NCBI GenBank assembly: GCA_043803405.1
Contig: JAZDKB010000020.1
Coordinates: 1-64,000, forward strand
Direction: 5' to 3'
DNA: 64,000 nt
Source of the DNA: Spirochaetota bacterium
Lineage (GTDB): Bacteria; Spirochaetota; UBA4802; JAFGDQ01
Numbering within the stretch: the first letter of the stretch is position 1; the number at the start of each line of letters is the position of its first letter. The notes below the pieces were generated by a model, which was not told the DNA's origin, made no database searches, and saw only the letters and a program-made list of their open reading frames with translations. A program made the translations under genes and the position numbers. Positions 1 to 9,324 of the stretch are shown one piece after another.

Positions 1-60
1 AAATATAGATTATGTGCTAATCCATTGTGAAAATGAGAATTTATTCAATAAAAAATTTTT

Positions 61-90
61 ATGCCCCCTTCGGGGGTTAGGGGGCGGGAG
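61..90. repeat. G/C-rich REP-like palindrome (TGCCCCCTTCGGGGGTTAGGGGGC family)
   Basis: Near-identical copies at 22093-22121 (same orientation) and 21925-21953 (inverted); partial GGGTTAGGGGGC at 139-150. Confidence 0.7.
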
Positions 91-226
91 TAAAAATTGC
101 AATATAAAAGCAATAATAATCCTTAACTTAATGACATTGGGTTAGGGGGCCGAAAGAGCAATGGCAATGTAATATAAGTTCGATCGCCGAATGCAAATAA
201 AACAATATTCTGCCAGCAACAAAACC

Positions 227-961
227 ATGGAACTGAACAACGTAAAAGAACTAATCTCCAAATCAAACAAAATCACCATACTTACAGGCGCGGGGATTTC
301 CACCGAATCCGGCATAGCGGATTACAGAAGCCCGGGCGGGGTATGGGAGCAGTACAAATACGTAACGCTGCAGGAAATAATGAGCGATACGAAGAAGCGC
401 AAATATTACTGGCGCTATAAAAAAGAAACAATTCCTTCCATGTCCAGCGCAGAACCAAACGAGGCTCATAAAGCTATCGGGAAACTGGACCAGAAAGGAA
501 AGCTGTTTTATCTGCTGACGCAGAACATAGACGGCCTTCACGAGAAAGGCGGAGTGTCAAAAGAACGCGTTGTCAACCTGCACGGCACCAATCTCGAAGC
601 GATTTGCCTGTCGTGCAAAAAAATCTACGACATAAACAAAGTGCTCGCAGAACTCGAAGCCTGCGACTATGATCCGAGATGCGTGGAATGCGGCGGGATC
701 ATCAAACCGAACACGGTTTCATTCGGCCAGAACCTGAACCCGCTTCATCTTGAGATATCGAACCAGGCGATAAAGGACTGCGATCTTTTTATGGCGCTCG
801 GAAGCTCGCTGGTAGTGCAGCCCGTGTGCACATTTGTCCAGGCAGCGCATTATTTCAATAAGCCGATAATAATAATAAACAGGGACCGTACCCCGTACGA
901 CGATCTTGCCGAGTATAAGCTTTCGGACTCGCTAGGAAAAATTCTTCCGGAAATTCTGTAA
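227..961 (+). CDS. cobB: NAD-dependent protein deacylase, Sir2/CobB family
   Basis: GAGISTESGIADYRS, TQNIDGLH, LHG, CxxC...CxxC zinc site, KPNTVSFG, GSSLVVQP; start MELNNV preferred over the ORF-track start at 191. Confidence 0.9.
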   Translation: MELNNVKELISKSNKITILTGAGISTESGIADYRSPGGVWEQYKYVTLQEIMSDTKKRKYYWRYKKETIPSMSSAEPNEAHKAIGKLDQKGKLFYLLTQNIDGLHEKGGVSKERVVNLHGTNLEAICLSCKKIYDINKVLAELEACDYDPRCVECGGIIKPNTVSFGQNLNPLHLEISNQAIKDCDLFMALGSSLVVQPVCTFVQAAHYFNKPIIIINRDRTPYDDLAEYKLSDSLGKILPEIL

Positions 962-970
962 AATAATATT

Positions 971-2032
971 ATGCAAAAAATATACGGATACCAGGATGAA
1001 GCAGACTGCGCGTATTTGCTGAAAAGCGGCGCGGTATATTTCGACATAAAAGAAAAAGAGCTGTATAAGATCTCCGGTAAAAACCTTATCATTGCCGCTG
1101 GCGAACTAATATTAAACTATAACTCCGATGCTTATTGTTACAGGGCATATAATTTTTATAAAGATGAAAATGCGGAACTGGCGCAGATTAGTCCTGAAAA
1201 TTTAAAAAGATTGGCGTTAAATTATGGCGTCGGATTCAACATGAACATTTTCTTTGCGCAGATGATCAGAATGACGAATAAAATTCTGGCAAAGAGACAG
1301 TCTGCAATTTCGGGGGACGTTAAAACCGTTCACGACATATCGGGCATATATTACGAAATAACGAACTCACTGCTGGACATTGCAAAAAAAACAAAATTTC
1401 CGGACATCATTCAGCTGGGCGAAAAATTAAAAAATGAACTGATATATGAAACAGGGAGAATATTCAGCCAGCAAAAAAGCCCGGTAAAAATGCAGATGGG
1501 GAAAAAGGACTCTGATGCATTTAATATTTCGTTCGCTCCGGAATCGGTCATCTGCAATGAAGGCGAACAGGGAAATGAGATGTACATACTGAATCATGGA
1601 AGGATAGGCGTACTGATCAACGGAAACAAGGTTGCTGAGATCGATCAGCCCGGCACGGTCATCGGGGAGATAGCGCTCCTGCTTGGGGAGACAAGAACCG
1701 CAACGCTTAAGGCAAATGACCAGGTCGAATTATCCGTAATAAAAAAAGATAATCTGCAGGCATTCCATAAAAGCCGCGAAAAATTCTTCCTCGAAATAGG
1801 CGAAACATTATCCAAAAGAATAAATAATAATTTTGAGATAATTAATGATATCGATAAACGCTCCGGCGAAAAACCGGACCAGAAAGTTGCAGGCTTTTTA
1901 ACCAAAGACCGCGCGGAAAAATATCTTATCCAGATTGAAAAAGACATCTGCGAATTATACAGAAAAAAGGAATACGAACAGCTTATAGATACAATTAAAA
2001 AAGCAAAAGACGCCAAAGAAAAATATATATAA
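971..2032 (+). CDS. Cyclic-nucleotide-binding domain protein (degenerate N-terminal cNMP-like domain plus intact C-terminal CNBD)
   Basis: ICNEGEQGNEMYILNHGRI...GEIALLLGETRTAT phosphate-binding cassette; N-terminal GYQDEADCAYLLKSGAV...AGELIL resembles a decayed second CNBD. Confidence 0.8.
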   Translation: MQKIYGYQDEADCAYLLKSGAVYFDIKEKELYKISGKNLIIAAGELILNYNSDAYCYRAYNFYKDENAELAQISPENLKRLALNYGVGFNMNIFFAQMIRMTNKILAKRQSAISGDVKTVHDISGIYYEITNSLLDIAKKTKFPDIIQLGEKLKNELIYETGRIFSQQKSPVKMQMGKKDSDAFNISFAPESVICNEGEQGNEMYILNHGRIGVLINGNKVAEIDQPGTVIGEIALLLGETRTATLKANDQVELSVIKKDNLQAFHKSREKFFLEIGETLSKRINNNFEIINDIDKRSGEKPDQKVAGFLTKDRAEKYLIQIEKDICELYRKKEYEQLIDTIKKAKDAKEKYI

Positions 2033-2063
2033 CACTTAATTTTTTAATGACTCGTAAAATTAA

Positions 2064-2088
2064 AAAGCAGGGGGTTTACCCCTGCTTT
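2064..2088. terminator. Probable bidirectional intrinsic terminator
   Basis: AAAGCAGGGG-gttta-CCCCTGCTTT hairpin between convergent genes, A/T tracts on both sides. Confidence 0.7.
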
Positions 2089-2132
2089 AATTACGATACT
2101 TGTAATTTTTTAGTTTGTACTGATCGTATTTA

Positions 2133-2516
2133 TTAATGCTCCACTTTAATTTCTATCTTCTTCGGCTTTACTTCCTCCCTCTTTGGCAGAGTAAGAGTCA
2201 GTATGCCGTTATCGAGCCCTGCTTTTAACGCGTTCCTGTCAACCGTGTCGTCAACGTTAAATTTTCTGTAATAATTATAGAGATTGAATTCGGAATACTT
2301 TAATGTTTTTTCATCAGGTAAATTGCCGTTTATCTTTCCGTTAATTTCAAGCTCATTATTATCCAGAGTAATATTTACGTCTTCCTTATTTACGCCCGGC
2401 ATTTCAGCCTTTATAACATACTCATTTTCTGTTTCATATATATCAACAGGTGGAACTAAAACATTTTCCTCATTGTTATAAGCATCTCTTTTAATCTTTG
2501 TTAATTCTGCATTCAT
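2133..2516 (-). CDS. Hsp20/alpha-crystallin small heat-shock protein
   Basis: PPVDIYET..AEMPGV..LDNGILTLTLPK..KPKKIEI; GGAGGT RBS before ATG 2516. Confidence 0.92.
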   Translation of the reverse strand: MNAELTKIKRDAYNNEENVLVPPVDIYETENEYVIKAEMPGVNKEDVNITLDNNELEINGKINGNLPDEKTLKYSEFNLYNYYRKFNVDDTVDRNALKAGLDNGILTLTLPKREEVKPKKIEIKVEH

Positions 2517-2532
2517 TTTAGCACCTCCTTTT

Positions 2533-2943
2533 TTAATGTATTTCAATCTTTTTTGGTTTTGTTTCTTCAGCTCTTGCAAGCTTAACCGTCAGGATGCCGT
2601 CCTTAATGTTAGCTTCGACTTTATTCGGATCAACCCTGTAAGGCAGATCTACAATCTTTCTGAATGCTCCGAAATTTCTTTCTTTTCGGATATATGTATT
2701 ATCAACATGATCCGTCTCCTTTACTGTTTCAATTGAAAGTTTGTTGTCAACCAGCTGAATATTAAAATTTTCAGTCTTAACTCCCGGAGCCAGAATTACA
2801 ACTTCAATATCATCATTCTTTTCGTACAAATTAACATAAGGATAATCCTCTTTACTTTCCAGATAAGACCTTTCGTTGAAGAAACCGTCAAACCAGTTTC
2901 TTAAATCCGTTACATCGTTTAATAAATCATATGTTGTGAACAT
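2533..2943 (-). CDS. Hsp20/alpha-crystallin small heat-shock protein
   Basis: YPYVNLYE..ERNFGAFRK..DGILTVKL..KPKKIEI; GGAGG RBS. Confidence 0.92.
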   Translation of the reverse strand: MFTTYDLLNDVTDLRNWFDGFFNERSYLESKEDYPYVNLYEKNDDIEVVILAPGVKTENFNIQLVDNKLSIETVKETDHVDNTYIRKERNFGAFRKIVDLPYRVDPNKVEANIKDGILTVKLARAEETKPKKIEIH

Positions 2944-2968
2944 GTTGAACCTCCTTTATTCCGGAATT

Positions 2969-3421
2969 TTAATGAACATCAATAGCTATTTTCTTCGATT
3001 CCTTAACCTTCTCTCTTGGAATATCAATTGTCAAAACGCCCTTTTTAAATACGGCTTTTATTTTATCGGCCTTGATTCCTTCCGGCAGACTTATTGATCT
3101 GCAGAATGAACCGAACTTTCTTTCAGAAAAAACATAGTTTTTCTTTTCTTCTTTTTTCTCTTCTTTCTTCTCTCCGCTTAGAACCAGAACATTGTTTTCA
3201 ATCCTCACATCCAGATCCTTTTCATCAATGCCGGGGATTTCCGCTTTAACATGAATGGACTTATCATCCTCTTCTACATCAACTGTAGGCTCCCAGTCAT
3301 TTTTAAACAGCGAAGTCGGACTTAAAAAGAAAAAGTCATCAAAAAGACTATCAACGTTTTTCCTGAAGGTGTCCAGGCCAGACTCTTTGTTATTGGCTCT
3401 TCTAATCAAATTCCCGATCAT
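2969..3421 (-). CDS. Hsp20/alpha-crystallin small heat-shock protein
   Basis: PTVDVEED..AEIPGID..ERKFGSFCRSISLP..GVLTIDIP; GGAGG RBS. Confidence 0.92.
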   Translation of the reverse strand: MIGNLIRRANNKESGLDTFRKNVDSLFDDFFFLSPTSLFKNDWEPTVDVEEDDKSIHVKAEIPGIDEKDLDVRIENNVLVLSGEKKEEKKEEKKNYVFSERKFGSFCRSISLPEGIKADKIKAVFKKGVLTIDIPREKVKESKKIAIDVH

Positions 3422-3450
3422 GGCTGACCTCCTTTTGATACATAATTATA

Positions 3451-3477
3451 TTAGCACTCTCACCTAACGAGTGCTAA
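3451..3477. promoter_or_regulatory. CIRCE element (HrcA operator)
   Basis: Perfect TTAGCACTC-N9-GAGTGCTAA 30 bp upstream of the first hsp20 gene. Confidence 0.95.
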
Positions 3478-3491
3478 CTATTTCTACTAAA

Positions 3492-3520
3492 AATGTACAA
3501 ACAAAATAATTAATCGTCAA
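3492..3520 (-). promoter_or_regulatory. Sigma70-type promoter of the hsp20 operon
   Basis: Minus strand TTGACG-17bp-TACATT directly upstream of CIRCE. Confidence 0.7.
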
Positions 3521-3865
3521 CAAGTCAGGAAAAAAATTTTACGATCAAAAAAAATATTTTATTAGCATTATTCGATAGTCTGAATTAATATACTTGCGGA
3601 TTTTCGTTAAATTGTGTTATGTTAGCTTTAATAAAAGCTCTATCATAAATAGAGTTTATATTAGTTACATTGAAATAAATTACATAATTTTCTGCGGAAT
3701 CAGACCTTCAATTTTAATTTTTTTGGTTTTTACGGTTGTTACTTCAGGTCTGAAAAGCACCATCAAAACTTTTGTAATTTATTTCAATGTATATTCAGCT
3801 TTTAATTAAAATCATATTTTCGAATTTAGTTTAAAAAAATTATAAGATTAAGGAAATCTATCCAA

Positions 3866-5497
3866 ATGAAGAATAAAATTATTATAATACTGATGATCCT
3901 TCTATTCTCTTCAATACTAGCTGGAGAAGAAAAAAAAGATAATTCTGCATCCTGCCCTGAGCCGGAAAATTTTATACCTGCGAAATCTGAATTAATAATA
4001 AAAACTGCTAAAATTTCGAGAGTTATTGATTTTTTGAATTCTAACGGAAATATTAATTTCGGCAATTTAATAATTAAAAATATTAAATCTTTGCAGGCAT
4101 TAAAAGATAAAGCAGGTGTAGATTTATTAAATACCAAATTTCTGAAAGAATATGGTATTGATGCCAATAAAAATATATTTATAGCTAGTTATGAATATGA
4201 AACAAACAAGGCTGACACAGCCTTTTATATTCCCATAACTGATAAAAAAAATTTCCCTTTTAATTTTATTAAACTTATAAAAATAATGGGTAACGAAAAT
4301 AATAAAAAAGATACTCCTGATCTTAATCCGGCCGTCAGCACATACAAAGGCATCAAAGTATTTGAAATGCCAAACCGAATGTTTTTTACAGTCATCGATA
4401 ATTATTTTGTTATTACATCTACCGGGAATCTGCTCACTGAAATAATGGAATTAAAATTAAAAGGATGCGACTCATCTTTATCCATGGATCAGTTATATAA
4501 AGAATATAAAACCAAATCCGGAGCCGATACCGATTTAAATATTACGAACATTTTCATAAAAAAAGATTTCCTTGAAAGGTCGTATAAAAAAGCAGATCCG
4601 GCTGCGGTTCCAAATAACAACAAACCATCACAAAAATCAAATCTTGATTTTATACGCTATGTTTCCATCGGAATGGGAAGCGAAAACGATGAATTATACT
4701 TAAAGGCAATTTTTTCGATAAACAAACAGGATGAAGTAGGCGAATTACTGACTCAGGCAATTACAACAGGAATGTTCGAAAACGCATTGTATGCGGATAA
4801 TATAACAGGCTATCATTTTCTCTCAATTGATATAAATAAAATTTATAGTTATTTAAGCAAATCAGCCGAAAAAACAGAGAGTACACCAAAATCGTATCAA
4901 AACCTGCTAAAGCAAAATGAAATTTTAAAGCAAATGCTGCTGCCGTGTTCCAAAAGCTTTATAAATATTATTTTTAAGAAACCAGCCAACATCGGGGAAA
5001 TGGACAACTTTATTCTATATATTCCGATGAAAGAATGCGGGGAAATTAAAGAAACACTCAAAATAATAAAAAATGAAGTAAAAAAAAGACACCCCGAAGA
5101 AGGTACATTCGGCGAAGAAAAAATAAATAATCTTAATTCGTTCTGGTTTACAAACGACAATAATAATAGAATCTTTATTCTGGAACACAAAGAAAATATT
5201 TACGCAGGGAATTCAGTTGAAATTATACAGGACATGCTGAATTCACAGGATAAACATTCTATTGATATAAAGAAGGATTTTATTAAAAGAATAGACAAAA
5301 ATACATTTCTCGTTTCATTTACTCAGTTTAACGATGAAAGTTTTCTAAAGGCTGTTTTAATGATGCTTGCTTACAATAAAAATAATGCGCTATATGGATT
5401 TATCAGCAAAATCGAAAATATAAATCTGATCGGGAAAAAATCCGACGATGATCTTAGTTTTAATTTCAGAATAAAAATGCTGAATTCAAAAAAATAA
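3866..5497 (+). CDS. Exported hypothetical protein
   Basis: 543-aa ORF with N-terminal signal peptide (MKNKIIIILMILLFSSILA); no motif recognised. Confidence 0.7.
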   Translation: MKNKIIIILMILLFSSILAGEEKKDNSASCPEPENFIPAKSELIIKTAKISRVIDFLNSNGNINFGNLIIKNIKSLQALKDKAGVDLLNTKFLKEYGIDANKNIFIASYEYETNKADTAFYIPITDKKNFPFNFIKLIKIMGNENNKKDTPDLNPAVSTYKGIKVFEMPNRMFFTVIDNYFVITSTGNLLTEIMELKLKGCDSSLSMDQLYKEYKTKSGADTDLNITNIFIKKDFLERSYKKADPAAVPNNNKPSQKSNLDFIRYVSIGMGSENDELYLKAIFSINKQDEVGELLTQAITTGMFENALYADNITGYHFLSIDINKIYSYLSKSAEKTESTPKSYQNLLKQNEILKQMLLPCSKSFINIIFKKPANIGEMDNFILYIPMKECGEIKETLKIIKNEVKKRHPEEGTFGEEKINNLNSFWFTNDNNNRIFILEHKENIYAGNSVEIIQDMLNSQDKHSIDIKKDFIKRIDKNTFLVSFTQFNDESFLKAVLMMLAYNKNNALYGFISKIENINLIGKKSDDDLSFNFRIKMLNSKK

Positions 5498-5554
5498 ATA
5501 TAAAATATATAGTTGAACTATCGGCGGCGTTCGCCTCAGGAGGAATTATTTTCT

Positions 5555-5950
5555 ATGGCACCAAGGGTTTTGCATTACAAGAATAACGAAAGAATAATCA
5601 CTTCCGGCGAAGTTGAAAAAAGAATGTATATAATCGTCGAAGGGAAAGTTGAAATTACGCTCTCTGACGGGAGTCAAAAAATAAAAGTTGCAACACTCGG
5701 GAAAGGGGATTTCTTCGGAGAAATATCCATTTTCAGCAACAGGCCAAGAAGCGCAAATGTATCCGCTCTTGGAGACGTTGAGCTGGCATATATTGACGAC
5801 ATTCAGCAGCTAAAGGCATTTCTGCTAAAAAATCCGGGATTCGCAGCCAAGATGGTGCATGTTTTAACCGAAAGGCTGGCAAAAACCAATGAGCTTCTCC
5901 TTGGCAAAGTAAGCGTAATAAACAGGCTGCAGGCAACCCGGGATATTTAA
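5555..5950 (+). CDS. Stand-alone cyclic-nucleotide-binding domain protein
   Basis: MYIIVEGKVEI..GDFFGEISIFSNRPRSANV; AGGAGG before ATG 5555 (TTG 5513 is an alternative start). Confidence 0.85.
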   Translation: MAPRVLHYKNNERIITSGEVEKRMYIIVEGKVEITLSDGSQKIKVATLGKGDFFGEISIFSNRPRSANVSALGDVELAYIDDIQQLKAFLLKNPGFAAKMVHVLTERLAKTNELLLGKVSVINRLQATRDI

Positions 5951-5966
5951 CAGCAATGGACACTTT

Positions 5967-6911
5967 ATGAAATATCTCTTTGGCCCTGTCGTATCGCGAA
6001 GACTGGGACTATCTCTTGGAATTGATCTTCTGCCCTTTAAGACCTGCTCGTTTAACTGCATTTACTGCGAATGCCGCAGCACCACAAACCTTACGACGGG
6101 CGTTCGTGAATATGTACCGACCGAAGAAGTAATATCGGAACTGGACGAATTTCTAAAAAGCAAACCCGAACTTGATTCATTAACATTCTCCGGATCCGGA
6201 GAGCCTACTCTTCACAGCGGCATCGGGAAAATTATAAATTTTCTTAAAAAAGATTATCCTGAATATAAAATCACTGTACTTACCAACAGTACGCTTTTGA
6301 ATATAAGAGAAGTAAGACAATCAATTCTCAATGCAGACGTTATCGTCCCGACTTTAAATGCAGTTAGCAGCGAGATATTTAACTTAATATCCAGGCCTGC
6401 AGATGATATTACGCCTGAACAATTAATATCCGGTTTAATTGAACTAAGAAAAGAGTTTAAAAACAAAATCATTCTGGAAATCTTTATTATTCCGGGAATA
6501 AACGACAACGAAAAAGAACTGAGCCTGCTGAAGGACGCCTGCATAAAAATTTTACCTGATCTTATCCAGCTTAATTCGCTTGACAGACCCGGCACAGAAA
6601 ACTGGATAAGAGCCGCATCAATAGAAAAACTCAATGAAATAAAAGAGTATTTTCTGCCGCTAAAAACCGAAATAATAGGGAATCCGGTTGCAAGGAAACA
6701 TAAAATAAGCAGGCGGTTTTCGGATCTTTCCGAGGCTATTGTTTCAACAATTTCTAGACGGCCTTCCACGCTTAATGATTTATCCGCCGCTTTCGGGATA
6801 GGCGAAGCAGGGCTTTTAAATATTCTGGAATATCTTCTGGAAAAAGGCACAATAGTTAAAGAGGAAAGTCTGGGCAGGGGAACGTTTTACAAATTAAAAA
6901 TAAAAGAGTAA
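5967..6911 (+). CDS. Radical SAM protein (COG0731-like Fe-S oxidoreductase) with C-terminal wHTH-like tail
   Basis: FGPVVSRRLGLSLGIDL..CSFNCIYC, TFSGSGEPTL, LTNS. Confidence 0.85.
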   Translation: MKYLFGPVVSRRLGLSLGIDLLPFKTCSFNCIYCECRSTTNLTTGVREYVPTEEVISELDEFLKSKPELDSLTFSGSGEPTLHSGIGKIINFLKKDYPEYKITVLTNSTLLNIREVRQSILNADVIVPTLNAVSSEIFNLISRPADDITPEQLISGLIELRKEFKNKIILEIFIIPGINDNEKELSLLKDACIKILPDLIQLNSLDRPGTENWIRAASIEKLNEIKEYFLPLKTEIIGNPVARKHKISRRFSDLSEAIVSTISRRPSTLNDLSAAFGIGEAGLLNILEYLLEKGTIVKEESLGRGTFYKLKIKE

Positions 6912-6999
6912 AATTGTGTTGCCTGTAAATTTATAATTATTTTGCTTTGGCAAAGAATACATGAATACCTTAAAATAAAGTATAAAAAGGCTGGCAAAA

Positions 7000-7644
7000 T
7001 TACTTCAAAGAGATCTTTAACTCCGCGCATGTTTTTTCGACTCCGTCGGTTGTAATTGAAAAATTTTCGTGATCGACATCAATGCTTTTAAGCAGGGTCA
7101 CAACCATGCAGAGCCCAAGCCCCATACCCTCAGCTTCGGGATCGGGATAGTCCATAAAAAATTCCGCAATGCTGTCGTATTTATAGGACAATTTAATTCT
7201 TTCATGTATTTTACTTAATTCCGTATTATTAAGCGGCAGATTGTTGATTACTTTAATGACTATTTTATCTGAAGACAGATTAAAGTATATCCTGGTTGAG
7301 AGAGCCTTTTCCTTTTTCTTGATCCCATACTCCAGAACTGCCCTTTCGTTTAAAATGCTTCTTAATTTCCTTACGATTTCGAGTATGGGGTCTGTTTCCT
7401 GGATTATGCCTTCATCTATTAATATCCTCTTTGCATTGGCTTTAAGAGCATTTGCGGTTAGTTCTTTTATTGCCGAGAAGATGGGGGTGAACCAGTCATC
7501 CCTTTTATACTTTTGCACTATTTTCTGGAGCGTATATCTGATTTTTTCATCAGTATCATCCAGCATAGAATACGAGATGAACACGATATCGTGTTTATTT
7601 TCTATGGCATTATCTATTTCTAAATAGATATGTTTATCTTCCAT
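7000..7644 (-). CDS. Histidine-kinase-like ATPase fold protein (RsbW-like), no sensor or His-phosphotransfer domain
   Basis: N-box KELTANALKAN and G-box EGMGLGL. Confidence 0.6.
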   Translation of the reverse strand: MEDKHIYLEIDNAIENKHDIVFISYSMLDDTDEKIRYTLQKIVQKYKRDDWFTPIFSAIKELTANALKANAKRILIDEGIIQETDPILEIVRKLRSILNERAVLEYGIKKKEKALSTRIYFNLSSDKIVIKVINNLPLNNTELSKIHERIKLSYKYDSIAEFFMDYPDPEAEGMGLGLCMVVTLLKSIDVDHENFSITTDGVEKTCAELKISLK

Positions 7645-8066
7645 TCTATATTTAGCCTGATGTGCGCCTTTTTACATAAATTTATAAAAATATTGTCATT
7701 GCAATAAAATATTGATTGATTAATTTCAAGCATTAATTATTTTACTTTAATATGTAAAAATACAATTTAATAAATAAAACAAACGCAGCCGGCTTGAGTG
7801 AAAAGAGATTTGCTTTCAATTTAATACACTTTTTTTACAAACCCCGAATCACTAATCATATTTGTTCCGCCTGGGGAAAAATAATTAATCTTTTCATTCA
7901 TATACAAATATAAAACCGGCAATTTTCGAAAACTACTTGAAAATTCCGGTACATTTTGTGAATTCCGCATATATTCACACATCTTCCCGGTCAATTGCAT
8001 AAATTTATTTTTAATTCAATTCAATATATACATTTTCTTCAGGTTAGGCAACCGCTTGTATAACTT

Positions 8067-9083
8067 ATGGAATCAATAAACGAAATAACCGGCATTCAAA
8101 GATCTGCCATGCTTCTGGTGACCCTCGGATCTGAAGTGGCTTCAAGAGTAATGGCTCATCTTGACGAAAAAACCGTTTTTAAAATTGCGCAGGAAATCGT
8201 AAAAATAAACGACTTAACAGTAAAACAAAAAGAAGACCTGATAGGTGAATTTTTAATCGGCTACAAAAAAAACAAAGGTGCGGTATACGGCGGGGAGAAT
8301 ATTGCAAAAGAAATGCTTATAGCCGCTTTCGGCGAGGATAAAGCCGAGAATTTGCTCGGTAATATTACCCACATGGATATTGAAAAAGGCTTTTTGTTTC
8401 TGAAAAATATTGATCCTGAAATTATTACTACACTGCTGGAAAAGGAACATCCCCAAACAATAACCGCAGCAATGTATTATCTTTCTCCAATGCAAAATGC
8501 AAAAATATTAAAGAACTTTCCAGCAGAGCTGAGCAAAGACATTATAAAAAGAATGGCAAAAATTGAAAAACCATCACCCGGTGCAGTGCTTGAAATAGTA
8601 CGTATTTTAACGAATAAATATGAGAATCTGAAAAAATCCGCCATAAAAACCGAAAAGACGGACGGGATTAATAATCTTATAGATATTATAAATCAGATGA
8701 ATCCGGAACAGGGAACGAAATTAATGAATTATATTGACATTAAACTCCCTGCAATTTCGGAAAAGATAAAAGAGAAATCATTCGGCTTCGATACTGTCCT
8801 CAACTTAACCCACAGGGAAATCCAAATACTGATCGATGAGTTAAACGACGACTTCATTATTGCAAAAGCCCTTAAGGGAGCCGGGGATGCTCTAAGATTC
8901 AAGTTTTTAAGAAACATGAGCCAGAACAGGGCGACAATTGTTCTGCAGGAAATGGACAACATGGGGCCCGTGCGGCTTACGGAAATCAATGAAGCAAGGA
9001 ACAGTATTATGCAGATTATGCGGATATTAAACGATAACGGTGCAATTACAATTAAAAGAGAACGGGAGACGTTTGTCGATTAA
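8067..9083 (+). CDS. fliG: Flagellar motor switch protein FliG (orphan paralog)
   Basis: TGIQRSAMLLVTLG, YGG, EHPQT, ALKGA..FLRNMSQ..MGPVRL. Confidence 0.9.
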   Translation: MESINEITGIQRSAMLLVTLGSEVASRVMAHLDEKTVFKIAQEIVKINDLTVKQKEDLIGEFLIGYKKNKGAVYGGENIAKEMLIAAFGEDKAENLLGNITHMDIEKGFLFLKNIDPEIITTLLEKEHPQTITAAMYYLSPMQNAKILKNFPAELSKDIIKRMAKIEKPSPGAVLEIVRILTNKYENLKKSAIKTEKTDGINNLIDIINQMNPEQGTKLMNYIDIKLPAISEKIKEKSFGFDTVLNLTHREIQILIDELNDDFIIAKALKGAGDALRFKFLRNMSQNRATIVLQEMDNMGPVRLTEINEARNSIMQIMRILNDNGAITIKRERETFVD

Positions 9084-9186
9084 AAGCTTTTTCCGGCAGC
9101 TTGTTTAACAAAATATCTTCTTTGAGTTTATCTTAAAATCTCTCTGCTTGTTATAATTGTTAATAGATTAAAATTAAACATACATG

Positions 9187-9274
9187 GGCATATCAAAATT
9201 ATTTTTAATTTCCTGCGGAACTCGGCCTTCGGCCTCAGACAGTCCTCGAAAATAAAAAATAATTTTGATATGCC
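9187..9274. repeat. Palindromic MITE/REP-like element with perfect 20-bp terminal inverted repeats
   Basis: GGCATATCAAAATTATTTTT (9187-9206) and its reverse complement (9255-9274); internal GGCC-TTC-GGCC hairpin. Confidence 0.6.
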
Positions 9275-9324
9275 GAAGATCGTTTATTAGTTTCCGGCGA
9301 TTTTGTGAAGAACTCTTAATCATT

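Noticed and set aside
227..2032. Sir2 + cNMP-binding pair as an anti-phage system (Thoeris/DSR/Pycsar-like)
   Set aside because: The sirtuin is a canonical zinc-finger deacylase, and no cyclase, TIR or effector domain is nearby.
7820..7985. About 55-aa minus-strand ORF and an imperfect inverted repeat in the HATPase/fliG intergenic region
   Set aside because: No RBS, motif or second copy; compatible with chance in AT-rich DNA.
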